Numbered from the stretch's first letter, positions 24,585 through 38,347 are shown. The stretch is DNA of 64,000 nt from Zancudomyces culisetae HAW-14-8 (GCA_052426225.1 JBNJNM010000021.1:1736001-1800000), one strand, 5' to 3'. The notes: generated by a model not told the origin, from the letters alone. Made by a program: numbers and translations.

Positions 24585-25480
24585 ATGTCAGCAACATACT
24601 CTTATAACGCCAATGATAAAGCCGGGAGCGACTCGAAACCGGTTGACAACAAAGCTGGCGATCTCACGACTGCAGGTGCACAAAAAGATTCCGAGGCTAA
24701 CAAAGGAATGAATCTGACTTCAGCACCAGTTCCTCTGGATGACTTTGAAGCAAACGATCCAGTAAGTACCCACCGGAGCTTGGTCGCAGCTCGGAGCGGA
24801 TTTGTATACAGACCGGAAAACCCGTTTACGCATGCTTGACCTTTTCTTTATTCTAAATATAGGAACTAGCCCAGCTTAAAAAGCAAATGATGGAGATGGA
24901 ACAGGAGGCAGCGAAGCTTAGAGAGCTTCAGGCACAAACCACAAAGGCCATAACGGAAGAACGTAAGATTTCATGATTACAGTTTACACTCTAAATGTAT
25001 CATTAGCTACAAATGCTATAAATGGAGTAATCAAAAAAATAAAAATTAATAAATCTCGTAGATGCAAAGGAAGATGTCGATGCACGCTCCGTTTATGTTG
25101 GAAATGTTGACTACAGCTCAACGCCAGAAGAGCTACAAGCTCATTTTCAATCATGTGGAGCGATAAACAGAGTTACAATCCTATGCGACAAATATACTGG
25201 CCATCCCAAAGGCTTTGCATATGTCGAGTTTGCCGATAAGTCCTCTATTCAATCTGCTTTGCAATTTGAAGGCTCTCTACTCCACGGAAGAGCTATAAAA
25301 GTAATTCAAAAGCGTACCAACGTTCCTGGGTATTCTGGTAGAGGTCGCGGTGGACGAGGTGGTGGTCCTGGTTATCACTTTGGCGGCGGTAGAGGTGGTG
25401 GATATTATGCACCCAGAGGCGGAAGGCCCTATGGACGAGGGAGGGGTAGGGGAAGAGGTGCTTACTTTGCTCCTTACTAA
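24585..25480 (+). CDS. PAB2: Nuclear poly(A)-binding protein (PABPN1/Pab2); introns 24762-24862 and 24963-25061
   Basis: Coiled coil [43 protein letters not shown] tail ending APY. Confidence 0.95.
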
Positions 25481-26168
25481 CCTAACTTTTAGGCTGTTAT
25501 GTCATATAGTATAATCAGCACATTATAAGTACACAAATATCTTGCAAATATTCACATTCTCTTATATAGAATTGTTTAATACTTCTTAGTATCTCAACCT
25601 CTCTCTTTTTCATTTATGTATTAATTTTGGATATAAATAATACTTTTAGTTTGAAATATATATATTTAATTAAAATTTGTGATAACATGTGTTGACAAAG
25701 TTATCAAATAACGGGAAAAAAATTATCTGGAAACTCCCTTTTTTAACTATCAGGAGTATCCATATGTACACTCAAATAAATAAACTGTTATGGTGCAGCC
25801 CTTGCTTCAGCAGAAAAAGATACATGCAATAATTGCTATCCGATGCTGCCATTGGGGGGGGGATGATAGGGTTTTATCATTGATCTTAACGTGTGTTGGA
25901 AACTAGACATGTTGTAATTCTTTAGTTAAACGTTAAACGCACTAGCCATTTCAAACAGGAAATGGTGGATTACCAACAAGAGAATGCGTTGCAGATGGAT
26001 TTCATGATGTATCCGTGTTGGCGATTTTACGATCCTGCCAGATTTTGGGTTTAAAATAATACGAAAGGTGTAATGTTATATAATGGGTTTATTAAACGAA
26101 AACAGTATCTAAATGAAAATTCCGAAATATGAGAAAAAGTTGGTATGTGGAAAGTGTACAAACACAAC

Positions 26169-27734
26169 TTAAGCGCTCATTACCTTTGGATCCGCAAGGA
26201 CCAATTCCAAGTTGGATACGAGTGTGTCAAGCAAAACATTCATGGTGCCTTCGTCGGATAGTGGTGCTCCAATTGCAATGTGGATTGATGTGACTCCGTC
26301 AAGGTCGCATGTTGTAATAAAGACTGTGTTCTGTTCCAGAATTCTGGCATGTAAAGCAGCATTAGCTTTTACAAACACACTGTGGACATGTTCAGAATCA
26401 ATGTCTGTAGCTCCCAACTTGTCTGCAATAGTTTGTTTGTTTATTTGAACAATGAGGAGTGAGAAATCTACTGGACATACAACCTTGAAACGTCCATCTG
26501 CTTTCAGTTGTGATTCGAGCCATTTTGCGTAGCCAACTGTGCGTCTGATATGGTTTCGGAGCCCACGAGCACCAAATGTTCTCAACACCATCCACAACTT
26601 AAGCGCTCTAAATCTACGACCCAGTGGAATTTGCCAATCCTTGTAGTCACGAACCAATCCTGAGGATGTAGCCTTGTTTCGGTAATAATCACGATGGATT
26701 GTGAGTGCAGATGTGATGTAGCTTGATTTTTTGACATATAGTGCAGAAACGTCGAAATTTGTCAGAAGCCATTTGTGTGGATTAAAGTTGAACGAATCAG
26801 CAGTTTGGTATCCGTCTATCAGGGGTCTGAATTCTGGGCAAACCAAAGCGGCTGCTGCGTATGCTCCATCAACGTGGTACCACAACTCTTCCTTTTCTGC
26901 TACTTCAGCTATTCCTGGGAAATCATCAATTGCGGCTGTTGCAGTGGTTCCAAATGTTGCTACTACAAAGAATGGAATCAGGCCTTTTGCCTTATCCTCT
27001 TCAATAGCTTTGGATAAACTTTCCTTGGTCAGTCTTTTGCTACCATCAGTTTTAACTCCCTTGAAGTTGCATTCTATGACTATTGATGCCTTTTCACCAG
27101 ATGAGTGTGTTTGGTCAGAGCCATACGCAACCAATTTGGATTTGAATAATACAAGATCCTCTTCGGTGTAGTTTGGATGTTCTTCAATGTATTCTTGAAC
27201 CTTCTTGTTGCGTGCGGCAAGCATCGCTACTATGATTGCTTCACTTGCTGTTCCTTGGATTACACCACCACCTTCACCTGCGGTACCATCAGGTTTGAAT
27301 GACAAGAAGCCTTGTTCCAACCCCAACAGCTTTCCAACCCAATCCAGAGTGATAGTTTCCAGCTCTGTCAATGATGGCATGTTTATCCAGCTAAATCCTA
27401 CGCCTGTTGCCATTGCACTAAGCATTTCGCCCAGAATACCAGGGTATGTTGAATTGGCTGGGTAGTAGCCATAAAAGTTACCAGATTGCCAGTGCGTAAT
27501 TCCTGGCATAATCTTGGAGTTGAAATCAGCCATTACTTGGTCAAATGACTCTGGCTCTTCTGGTGCTTCCTTGGGGAGCAGGTCGTACAGAAAATTTGGT
27601 TTTACTTGGGACAATGGTTGTACTTGGTTCAGGTTGTCATAGTAGTCAGCGATAAAGTCAATAATCTCTTTTCCTTTTTGTCTAAACTCCTCTGAAGTCA
27701 AACCCAATCTTGGGATATCTCCTTCGACAGTCAT
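26169..27734 (-). CDS. Aromatic L-amino-acid decarboxylase (group II PLP), intronless
   Basis: PGITHWQS, GGGVIQGTASEA, HVDGAYA, NFNPHKW (PLP lysine) and DWQIPLGRRFRALKLW. Confidence 0.95.
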   Translation of the reverse strand: MTVEGDIPRLGLTSEEFRQKGKEIIDFIADYYDNLNQVQPLSQVKPNFLYDLLPKEAPEEPESFDQVMADFNSKIMPGITHWQSGNFYGYYPANSTYPGILGEMLSAMATGVGFSWINMPSLTELETITLDWVGKLLGLEQGFLSFKPDGTAGEGGGVIQGTASEAIIVAMLAARNKKVQEYIEEHPNYTEEDLVLFKSKLVAYGSDQTHSSGEKASIVIECNFKGVKTDGSKRLTKESLSKAIEEDKAKGLIPFFVVATFGTTATAAIDDFPGIAEVAEKEELWYHVDGAYAAAALVCPEFRPLIDGYQTADSFNFNPHKWLLTNFDVSALYVKKSSYITSALTIHRDYYRNKATSSGLVRDYKDWQIPLGRRFRALKLWMVLRTFGARGLRNHIRRTVGYAKWLESQLKADGRFKVVCPVDFSLLIVQINKQTIADKLGATDIDSEHVHSVFVKANAALHARILEQNTVFITTCDLDGVTSIHIAIGAPLSDEGTMNVLLDTLVSNLELVLADPKVMSA

Positions 27735-28905
27735 TTCTTTTTTTCTTCTTTTGTGTGTACTTTGGTTTAATGTATTGAGTTTAAAACTTCCTATCTATTT
27801 CTCTTGATATCGCACCAAAAGCTGACCTGCAGTGTTTCCACAAACCCTGGTTCTCTTTGGAGTATAATTGAAAATATAAATATGTAAGAAATGTTTTTTA
27901 TTTTGTTTTCGTTGTTTGCAGACTTTGTTTTTATACTTTTTTTATACTTTTTATTTTATTTTTTTTAGTAATTAGGGGGTGTTTCTTTTGTTTCCGGGTT
28001 TTCGCTTTGAGAATAATCATCATGTCATTTGATTTGAAACAATTTCAACTCTCCCTGGTCCGGTTATCTAAGCATTAGTAATCAAATTATAAAATCGTCG
28101 ACTTTAAATGAATTCTGGTTCACTAAACACAAATACCGTTTATTTGCATATTAACCCTAATCTCTTTTCCCCTTATTTAGTTTTCTTTCAAAATATCTCC
28201 GAAAATCGTATTCGATTCTATTTATCTCGTTTTAATTACTCCATAGTTCCCACATAACTGAGGTTTTAAAAAGTGATATATCAGATAAAAAAACTCAGTA
28301 TTTCAGCAAATCAAAGTGATCGCTCTTTTTGAGATTCAAAAGTCTATAACGCAAAACACATAGTTCCAGCGTTATCGGAAATAGAAACTGTGATCCAGTA
28401 ACAGGATGAACATAGGGCCTGTCACAGAATAGGCATGGATCACCGATTCATTGCACTTTTGATACCATATGTAATTGAAAGCACACATTCCCCTATCTGA
28501 TTGTCCCAGTTGTTGTTTTTCACATTGAAAACAGAATGAGACTTAGATCTAAATTATCGCCTACTGAGTGCGAGCCAATTATATAAATATCATGGTTTAA
28601 ATATACATGGTATTGTCTCATTCCTTCCCCCACGCTCATAATTTGTTAGTAACTGCCACTGTTTAAAATTTTGTGGCGCTATCTGGTAAATAAACGCTTT
28701 CCAGCCCTTCTGTTATTTAAATCGAGTAGCAGGATTTTCTAAAGTAAATTCTTTCACAAGGCCAAAATCCCCCTATCCTGTTAAGCTTTATTTGATATTG
28801 GCTGGCTAGTCCCAAATTCTAAAAAGGTTTCTCCAATTAGTTTAAAAGTTAAGCACAATCTCTACTTTTACACTATCATATATACACCATATAAGATTGT
28901 CAATG

Positions 28906-28947
28906 GGATTATACAAAAGATGGATTATACAACAAATGGATTATACA
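28906..28947. repeat. Three GGATTATACA copies with 16-bp period
   Basis: Copies at 28906, 28922 and 28938. Confidence 0.85.
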
Positions 28948-29351
28948 GGACGTTATTCGCAGTTAGTGCACACCCAAACAATTTTTATAATAACATTGGA
29001 GGATAGATTGGGTACATTAACACATTGTGAAATAAAGGTACCAGTAGGTTCATTAAACCCACGGCCATTCGAATCCCAGAATATTTTAAATTCACTCTAG
29101 GGCTCGGATTATCTATTTAGATTTACCTATTGCTTGACCATTTAGATCCTATATCCTTTATATGATAGCAGTGTGGCATCAAAATGTGAGCTTATTTGAA
29201 TAGCACAGTATATCCCGCAAAGCCAGTATTGATATCTGTGAAGAAAATGTACTTACTAAAAGGATTCTATTGCTAACTTGCCTTGTATATTTTTAGTAAC
29301 GAAATAAAGTCGTGATATATACACTTTTATTTTGATAAACTCATTCAAGAA

Positions 29352-30566
29352 ATGAAGCAAACAAAGACAATAGCACTGGTTTTTCATATGCTAATACACG
29401 CTGTATTAGCACAGGATGTAGAAGATCAACCCATTACTCTAGGAACCAAAAACTTTTATATATGGGCGTTGAGTTCGCTTATGCTAATCTTTACAGCTGG
29501 TTGTGCCGGTGTACTCATTCCATTTATGTTTGCAAGCAAAAGTAATTCTAGAAGGCTTCACATTGTGCTAACTGTTGGAAAGTATATGGGGTTAGGGCTA
29601 AAGATTGCCACTGCGTAAGTCAATAAGATAGATATTACTGATATGTATACAAACCAACATATATGGTTTTCTTGTACTTGTAGTATCATTCCTGTCTTTA
29701 GGGAGGCAAATGCTATACTGAATGTTGATCTTGTAAAGGAAAAAATGGGGGACTACGACAGGTGGGCAGGTGTGTTAGTCATTATGACTATCTTTGCTCT
29801 ACATCTCACCGACTATATTTTTCCCGGTACTAATGACGATGAGTTTCAGTTGGCACAAGACGATTATGAGTATGAATTAGTCAATAAAGAAACCCCGACG
29901 AGAACAAAGCCAGCTAGTGACAGCGACTCTTTGGGAACTATGCAAACACTAGCGGTTTCTAATGTTCCAACTACAAACAACGACAACGAAGAAGACAAAA
30001 TTGATAAAATAACAGTATATAGCAGCAAACAACCGAGTATGGTAGATCCAAATAGATCAGTGTACATGGTTCATTTTGGTGTGGTTGCCCACAGTGTAAT
30101 TCTTGGAATAGTATTGGGTGTTTCGGGTCTAAAAACACTAAAAATGTTAATGGTTGTTATGGCTATTAACCAATTTATTGAGGGCGTTGCAATTGGGGAA
30201 CGACTTCATGATCTCTACATGTTAAGGAAAAGTAATACGACACTTGATAAGCAAAACACTAAAAAAAACAAGGTCGTGGTATTTATAGGTGCGTATATAT
30301 ATATGATTAGTATGCCTGTTGGGCAAGGTATTGGTATAGCATGCATGCACATTGCTAGCCTACAAACTATTTATTTTTTAATTGCTCTGGGCGTGCTGGA
30401 AGCTGTAGTGTGTGGAATACTACTATACGTATCTTTATGTTTTCTATTGGTTGAGGATTTTAGCCAACACAACCTGAAGCATAAATCGCCTGCGTTTAGG
30501 GCGACATGCTTCGGGCTGATGTATTTTGGCGGATTTTTCGTGGCGCTTCTAGATAAATGGATTTAG
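29352..30566 (+). CDS. ZIP-family metal transporter (divergent Zrt-like), intron 29615-29683
   Basis: Signal peptide, multiple TM segments, GVVAHSVILG and NQFIEGVAIG signature helices, GILLYV, terminal KW. Confidence 0.85.
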
Positions 30567-32850
30567 AAAAAGGAAACAGATCGTGTATATATATAAATAT
30601 ATGCGTGTGTGTATCACTGCCCATATCGTACAATCTAATCATCATATGGCACACATCTGTCAATGATTCATGTTGATAACAAAAAGTTCTGCAGATAGGC
30701 GGATATTAAACTCTACTAACTTTTCCTGTGCAGTTTTTTTTTGTTCGACGTATAATACGAGAGAAATAAAAGGCAAAAAATCAGCACTATTAAGCGTCGG
30801 AGGCAGCAAAGAAAATTAAAGATAGGGAGGGAAGGTGGGTAACCGACGCATGGGCAGTATTGTTGTAGTTTCTATGCATTATAATACGTTATAAAATACC
30901 TGGACTATGTACTATATTTTAAGATATCAGAAATATATATTGGATGATGAGAGCAGTCAAAGCCATGTTAATGGCGTATAATTAGGCTTTCTTGACATTT
31001 TTTGTACTTTTTATACATCTCGTGGACTCCACCTGTAGTCAATAAAATAAAATAATGTCGATCAATACACACAATATACGGCTACTTTGGAAAAATGGTG
31101 CTATACGATGCATCAGAGACAGCCAAATTCAGAGACAAATAGGTGTTCTTCAACATAAAGGATCTCTACTTTGTCATTTCTGCTCAGCAATGTAAACCAT
31201 AGCAACACAAAATACATATTTAACACATGTTTCTTCTGGCACATTAAACACTAGGGTGCCAAAAGAGAAAAAGAAATAGAAAACTCGCCACAATTTTTTT
31301 ACAGACCAATTGGGTGGAGAAGAATTTGCTACCAATAAGACGAGGATTGAAACAAGTTCGACAAAAAGAGTGGTTGGAAAATAAGTTAATACCAACAAGG
31401 GCCTCGAATCGAAGTTAATATGGGGTTAATAACACATCGATGTGGGTTGGCTTTATTCACGAGGGTGCACATATTTCCAGCTAAGTATAACATATGATTG
31501 TTCCATCCATGCAAAAAAAAAGAAAAGCGCGAATCTGAATAGTGTTGTCTTTTGAATACCATTTGTCATCCCACGCTTGGTTGTCAACACTACAAATCCA
31601 GGCCAAAAAATCATATAATCACCAACTTTCCAAATGGGAACATGCGACATCAATGTTTTTTTTTGTTGTTTCTACTTTTTGGGGATGCTATGGTATCCTA
31701 AAACTATTGTTTTTTGCCTTATTTTTTACTCTTAACAACACAGAGGTGGTAGGTTGAGTGAATGGTATACGCTAAAGCAGTTAATTTTTACGAGGTATCG
31801 CCATAATGCACAAGCATGTATCCAAAGCGGAGTGTCTGGCCCTTATTTTATCCTAGTGTTTTCAGTGTTAAACAAATCTTCAAAGGTATGTCTGCCTTAT
31901 TTGTTACAAAAAGTTTTAAACCAAACCAGGGTGGCTCTGAAAATAAAACTGGCTCTTTTTACTCGGCCTCATCCCTTCTTTCTTTTAGCTTATTTGCTAT
32001 TCGCGAAAATTTAAAAAATAGCATTGCTTTTTATGCAGCTTTAAGTCCGCTGAAAAAAAGTAGTTTTTGTTTTTTTTTAAAATGAAAAACAAACTGTAAG
32101 AGGTTATCCATGCTCCAACAAGATGTAGCACTACGTATATTACAGCTGATACACGCACTAGTAATTGGTGAAAAGTTATGAACTACTAAGTTGGAATGGA
32201 CTAGAACATTCATAATATGCTCTAATATTTTTAGTGTCTCATGAGTCCAAAAAGTATATAACACAACCGATCGTTCTAGTACACGAATATAGAAAATTAA
32301 AAAGGGACGCTAATTTCCGTTTTTATTTTTCATTTTTAATATATGTATTCTTCACTGTTTATTATTGTTGTGTAGTTTAGTATTATAAGGGATAATAGAG
32401 TACTAGAGTATTATTTTAAATAATATATCGCTTTTAGAATAGAAAAGTCATACAAAGCTTAAAGAAATCAAATTGGCCATAGAAACATTTCCAATAAAGT
32501 GGAAAAAGCAGTAAAAAACAATAACTAAACTATCTTTAGTAAAGAGAATTACTTTGCAAGAAAGGTAGAAGTATTGTAATTCTCCTTTGTTGAGCCTGTA
32601 TATCAACTATTATTATATACATAATAGTCCACCACCAAACAAAAAGGCATAGCTGGCTGGTTCAGTCGTATCCATACCACTCCCCCCTTAGTGTTTGCCC
32701 TCGATTTCGGTCGCTGTACTACTAAAGTTGAACACAGAGAGATACAAAACACATTGTTCTCTTTGGTAATTACAGGAAAAGCAATCAGAAAAGTAAATCA
32801 GAACCTGAAACCCCAAAAGCGAGTACCTGTAAAGAGGTAAAAAGGAAAAA

Positions 32851-33531
32851 ATGTCACTACAGAGCGTTGACTCACCAAACATAAAAATAAAAAAGCAATT
32901 TAGCATTGATGAAATGTGTTTGCTTGGTCTAGCCACAGGTGTGCCCGACTTTGTAAAAAAACTATTTAGGATCTTGGAAGACGACACTTATCATAGCATA
33001 GTTCACTGGAATGAACATGGTGATAGCTTTATTGTTAAGGACCAGAGCGAGTTTTCAAAGCACGTCCTACCTCAACACTTTAAACACAACAACTTTGCCA
33101 GTTTTGTGCGACAGCTGAACAAGTACGACTTTCATAAAGTAAAAAATACAGAGGAAAACAAAAAATACGGGAGCAATATCTGGGAGTTTCAGCACCACTC
33201 TTTTAAACACAACCGACCAGATTTACTGGAAAAAATCAAAAGAAAACCCCCACTCAAGTCAAGAATGGAAATGAGTGTCGAAAGCGGAACACCTACAGGA
33301 GGCATGATGTATGAATCTGAGCTATACGCATTAACTGAAGAACTGCAAGTTCAGGTAAACCTGCTCACCCAATCCAATAACCAAGTCACCACCTATCTGA
33401 ACCAGCTTTCAAAACACTATCAGTATATGTCAGATGAAATAAACAACTTGAAGAAAAATATGCAGACCCAGGATCAGCTTATGGCGGAAATGTTCCAATA
33501 TGTTATTGGTCAGGAAAACAAGGGTGTATAA
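32851..33531 (+). CDS. HSF-type DNA-binding protein (Skn7/Prr1-like N-terminus plus coiled coil)
   Basis: DFVKKLF, FKHNNFASFVRQLNKYDFHKV and WEFQH...IKRK, then heptad repeats. Confidence 0.9.
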   Translation: MSLQSVDSPNIKIKKQFSIDEMCLLGLATGVPDFVKKLFRILEDDTYHSIVHWNEHGDSFIVKDQSEFSKHVLPQHFKHNNFASFVRQLNKYDFHKVKNTEENKKYGSNIWEFQHHSFKHNRPDLLEKIKRKPPLKSRMEMSVESGTPTGGMMYESELYALTEELQVQVNLLTQSNNQVTTYLNQLSKHYQYMSDEINNLKKNMQTQDQLMAEMFQYVIGQENKGV

Positions 33532-33996
33532 ACAAATATAGAGTATTCAAAAAAATAAAAATAAAAATAAAAAACCAGTCGTCAGCGGGCATGTTGGGCA
33601 TATATTAATATCATTATTTGCAACTGCTTTGGGTGTTTTACCTTCATAGACGTTTATTCTAATATTGATTGTCAGATCTATACTAAATAGTCTTTTTCTT
33701 GTGTAAACGAATAGTAAAAATAAAGCCAACTTGATATAGTTTACTCTAGGGAAAATGAGTTGAAACTTTGGTACATCCAAGGCAAATACAATCGGAAGTT
33801 TTTATTTTTTACAGAATAGATTAATTATCAGACTATTTCTTATGTAAAAGTGGTTCAGCCAAGTTAATTTAAGCCTTTTTCTGTGGGTTTTAAAAAAAAT
33901 TAAAAGCTGAAATAAAATCAGTGAAACAAAAACAAGACAAATCGAGATTTGTAGATATTGAATATACTTGAAACAAAGCACATTCAAGAGACAGCA

Positions 33997-34810
<814 letters not shown>

Positions 34811-35574
34811 CGTAGATACCACTATACCACTATACCACGCTGAATAATTGGGGCTAGGCAAATTGCTGTTGGTCAAAAGTGCTTGACCTTTCGAATTATC
34901 ACTTTAAGCGCAAAGGTCGATCATCTTTATTTAATGGTTGGTTCACAAATCTTAAAATGATAACTCGACAGTTATCATTTGTTCATCCCCCTATATTAGT
35001 TTCATACAGTTGTATTTTTGCATCCGTCGTTAGACTGGGTCGTGACCAGATCTACGCAATAGGTTAACATAAGAAGTTCGCCTGCTGTTATTTTCCTTCT
35101 GTTATGATGAACTTCTAACACTTGGTGCTGGCTCATTTGTTAACTAGATGCTCCATTAAGTCTGTCAGCAGTCATCTAAACCAAAGTTTCTGTTCCTATT
35201 AATATATTTTTTTATTAGTTATTTTAATTTGTACTGATTGTTTTTGAGAACTAAAGAGTAGCCACATGTAAAAGAACTTTTGATCTTTTGATCTTTTAAT
35301 CCATTTTATAAAACTTTTTTGCTTTGATCACATGCTTTCTTTTTTGAAATAGTCAAATAGAAACCCAAGTTTTATCAGCATTAAAAACATAGTAAAACGT
35401 CGCAGTCTGGTGAAGTGGAGATCACTCCAAGCTCTGAGGGTTTCACACTCTACAAAATTTGTGGTTGGCAACCAATATTTAATGGGCATTTTTTTTCCTA
35501 TAAATTTGGAAAATGTTGGAAAACGCTCGTTTTGATTCAGATATAAAACTCGTAGTAAACAAAAGAGATACAAA

Positions 35575-36695
35575 ATGGTAAGTGCCTCAAATTTCATTCT
35601 CATGGATCACCATAACCTACAGCAGATTGTTTTTACCTTTTATTAACAATAATATCGGATATTTATCCGCTTAAACAAAAATCCTTCACAGTCTGTAACA
35701 CTGCACACCGATTTGGGAGATATAAAAATCGAATTGTTCTGTGAAGAAGTTCCGAAATCATCTGAAGTAAGTTCAAAATGTAAACCTGTAATACCACTAG
35801 ACTGTATATCTATGTTATATTTTGTCTTGGTTTGCACATCGATGCTTAGAAGTTGAGTTTAGAAAACAAGAAAAAATATGATATTAAGCTTGAAAGCTGT
35901 ATTTCCACCCTAGAATTTTCTTGCACTGTGTGCCAGCGGGTACTATGATGGATGTTTGATTCATAGGTAAGAATTTTTGATATTAATCTTTGCGTACTTT
36001 TATTAATCGTTTAGTATTTTTATAATCATAGAAATGTGAAGGGATTTATCGTTCAGGTAAGCTTTGTAACGTTTTGAAATCAGTCACAAAAAGCGCCAGA
36101 AAAGATAATAAGGAAAAAGGAAAAGAAACAGAGCTATAACACTCTCTGCATCTAACAAATTAGATGGGCGACCCTTCTGGTACAGGAAAGGGTGGCGTAT
36201 CGATTTGGGGAAACAAGTACCAAGACGAAATCAGAGGAAACTTAACTGTAAGCCTTAAAATCATGAAACATCAATATATACAATACGTTTTATTGTCTTC
36301 AAAACACACAGTTTTGAGTTATTGAAGTCTTCAGAAACAAAAAGGATGTAGGTAATAAGTATATTATCATTAATATGTAGCACGACAAGCGCGGAGTCGT
36401 AAGTATGGCAAACTCAGGCCCAGACACAAACGGCTCTCAATTTTTCATTACGTACGATAAACAACCCAGTCTGGATTCCAAGTACACTATTTTTGGAAGG
36501 TGAGTCAAGTGACATAATAAAATAGACCCTGACTAAAAACTGTTTATACTTGAAAAACATAGAGTCATTGACGAGGAAAACGCCGTCTTGTATAAACTCG
36601 AAAGCGTGGAAGTTGACGACAATTATAGACCTGTAAAAGATATACATGTAAAATCGGTAACCATCCACGCAAACCCCATTGCCGACAAAGTATAA
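35575..36695 (+). CDS. PPIL3: Cyclophilin PPIL3/Cyp10, intron-rich (first coding exon is ATG only)
   Basis: Spliced [18 protein letters not shown]...[11 protein letters not shown]...[10 protein letters not shown]...[18 protein letters not shown]...TIHANPIA. Confidence 0.93.
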
Positions 36696-37116
36696 CAGAA
36701 CAACTATCTTGGTTAGATGTCGCAACAATGTTTGTGTAAGATGGATTGGCGTTAGTGTAAAATAACCGTATCACACATGTCCTCTTTGGTATTCGTATGT
36801 ATTCAACGTGAGTATCTATGGGCTATCCCTACTAAAAAAACCCTCAGTAGACTTAACGTTTATTTTTTTTGCATTTGTTTTAGTTTCCAAAAAAAACACA
36901 CACTCGTTCATATTTCAAATGATTGTTTTGTTTTGTCTTGCTTTACTTTATTTGTAAATTCCTAAAAAGTAATGATATCAAAACCATACCTTTAACACGT
37001 TTGGTGAAATTGGCCCTGGTTTACAACTAGCTGCCCCACTTTCCCCAAGGGGTGATAAATATCAAAGAAAAGAGATAGTTTGTGTGGATCGGGGCTAATA
37101 GAGAAATCAGCTCCAT

Positions 37117-37863
37117 CTAATTGTGCTCTTCAAGTTCAACGAGTACACCATTACAATCCTTGGGATGTAAAAAGACCACAGGAAGTCCATGTGCTCCAAT
37201 TTTAGGTTTTCCCAACGCTCGTACACCCTTTTGAGTTATGCGCTCCAGTGCTTTTTCAATACTTTTCACCTAATGTTTTTGAATTGTATTCTTATTAGGG
37301 CGATGAAAATACTTTTTAATATTTCGTGTACAGGTACGACTTTGGTTTAAGTTATAAAGTAGAGAGGGTGTTACATTAATGCAAATGTGGTGTATCCCAC
37401 CGTTGTGGTTTTTCTCGAGAAAATTTGCTATCGGACTCTTCTCGCCCAAGGGTTCTAGAAGTTCAATTTTGGTCTCACCGATATCGACAAATACTGTATT
37501 CACACCATGCTCAGGTTGGGGCTATATTTTAATAGCAAAGTTTAGTATCAATACATTTCGTTATATGACCCCCCTTCAATACCCCCCCCTCCCACTCACT
37601 CTCCCCTTGTATCATCTAATTTTACCGCTCTAAGCCTTAAATACATTAACTCTGTTTTACATGCAAGGTACCTTAATTTCGGAAACTTTGGACGCACCCA
37701 TTACCGTTTTCCAAAAGTTTGCAGAACTCTTAATATCCTTTGTAGCTATAGCAACATGATTTAGATTGCCCAACTCCATGATTTCGGGCTTGACATTAGC
37801 CTTGGTTGAGAATCTCGCACATTTCGAGATTCCAAGTTGGGTAGCTCTTCTAAAAGCAAACAT
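37117..37863 (-). CDS. MCEE: Mitochondrial methylmalonyl-CoA epimerase, three exons
   Basis: LNHVAIA, QPEHGV, KIELLEPLGEKSPI, GGIHHIC and IGAHGLPVVFLHPKDCNGVLVELE; N-terminal presequence. Confidence 0.95.
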
Positions 37864-38347
37864 CTTAATGGTTTTTGTTTTGGTTAGCTGTTCGTATATG
37901 ACTCTCAGTCAATTGAAGGGTGATGGAAATATCTAAAGTGGATTGAGTACTAGACACACTATAAGAAACGATATTCGAGTTGGGAGTGCGAATTGAATGG
38001 CATTTATATCATTTCATAAAGACCTGAAGGTTCATCCCGCAACTACCACTTTCCTCCACACGCACAAGTGGTTGGATGAAACAGACCACCAAAGCAATCG
38101 TAGCTTGGTGGAGTTTATTTGGGATTGCATAATTCCCAAGCAATAAACTTCTTTATCTCAGCAAATAGATAAAGCAAAAAAACTGCCCAAATAATGTGCA
38201 GGCCCAAGTATTTCACAACGATTTTGAGGACGTTGATTTTATTTAGTAGCGTATTTCAGATAACCAAGCTATTGCATCTAATTAGCTATTTTTTTCTAGC
38301 TTTAGTTCTCACCTTTATTTTATATGAGGGAAGAAAGAGGCTGAATA

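Noticed and set aside
31055-31384. Possible small two-exon ORF
   Set aside because: About 57 aa, weak donor, no recognisable motif.
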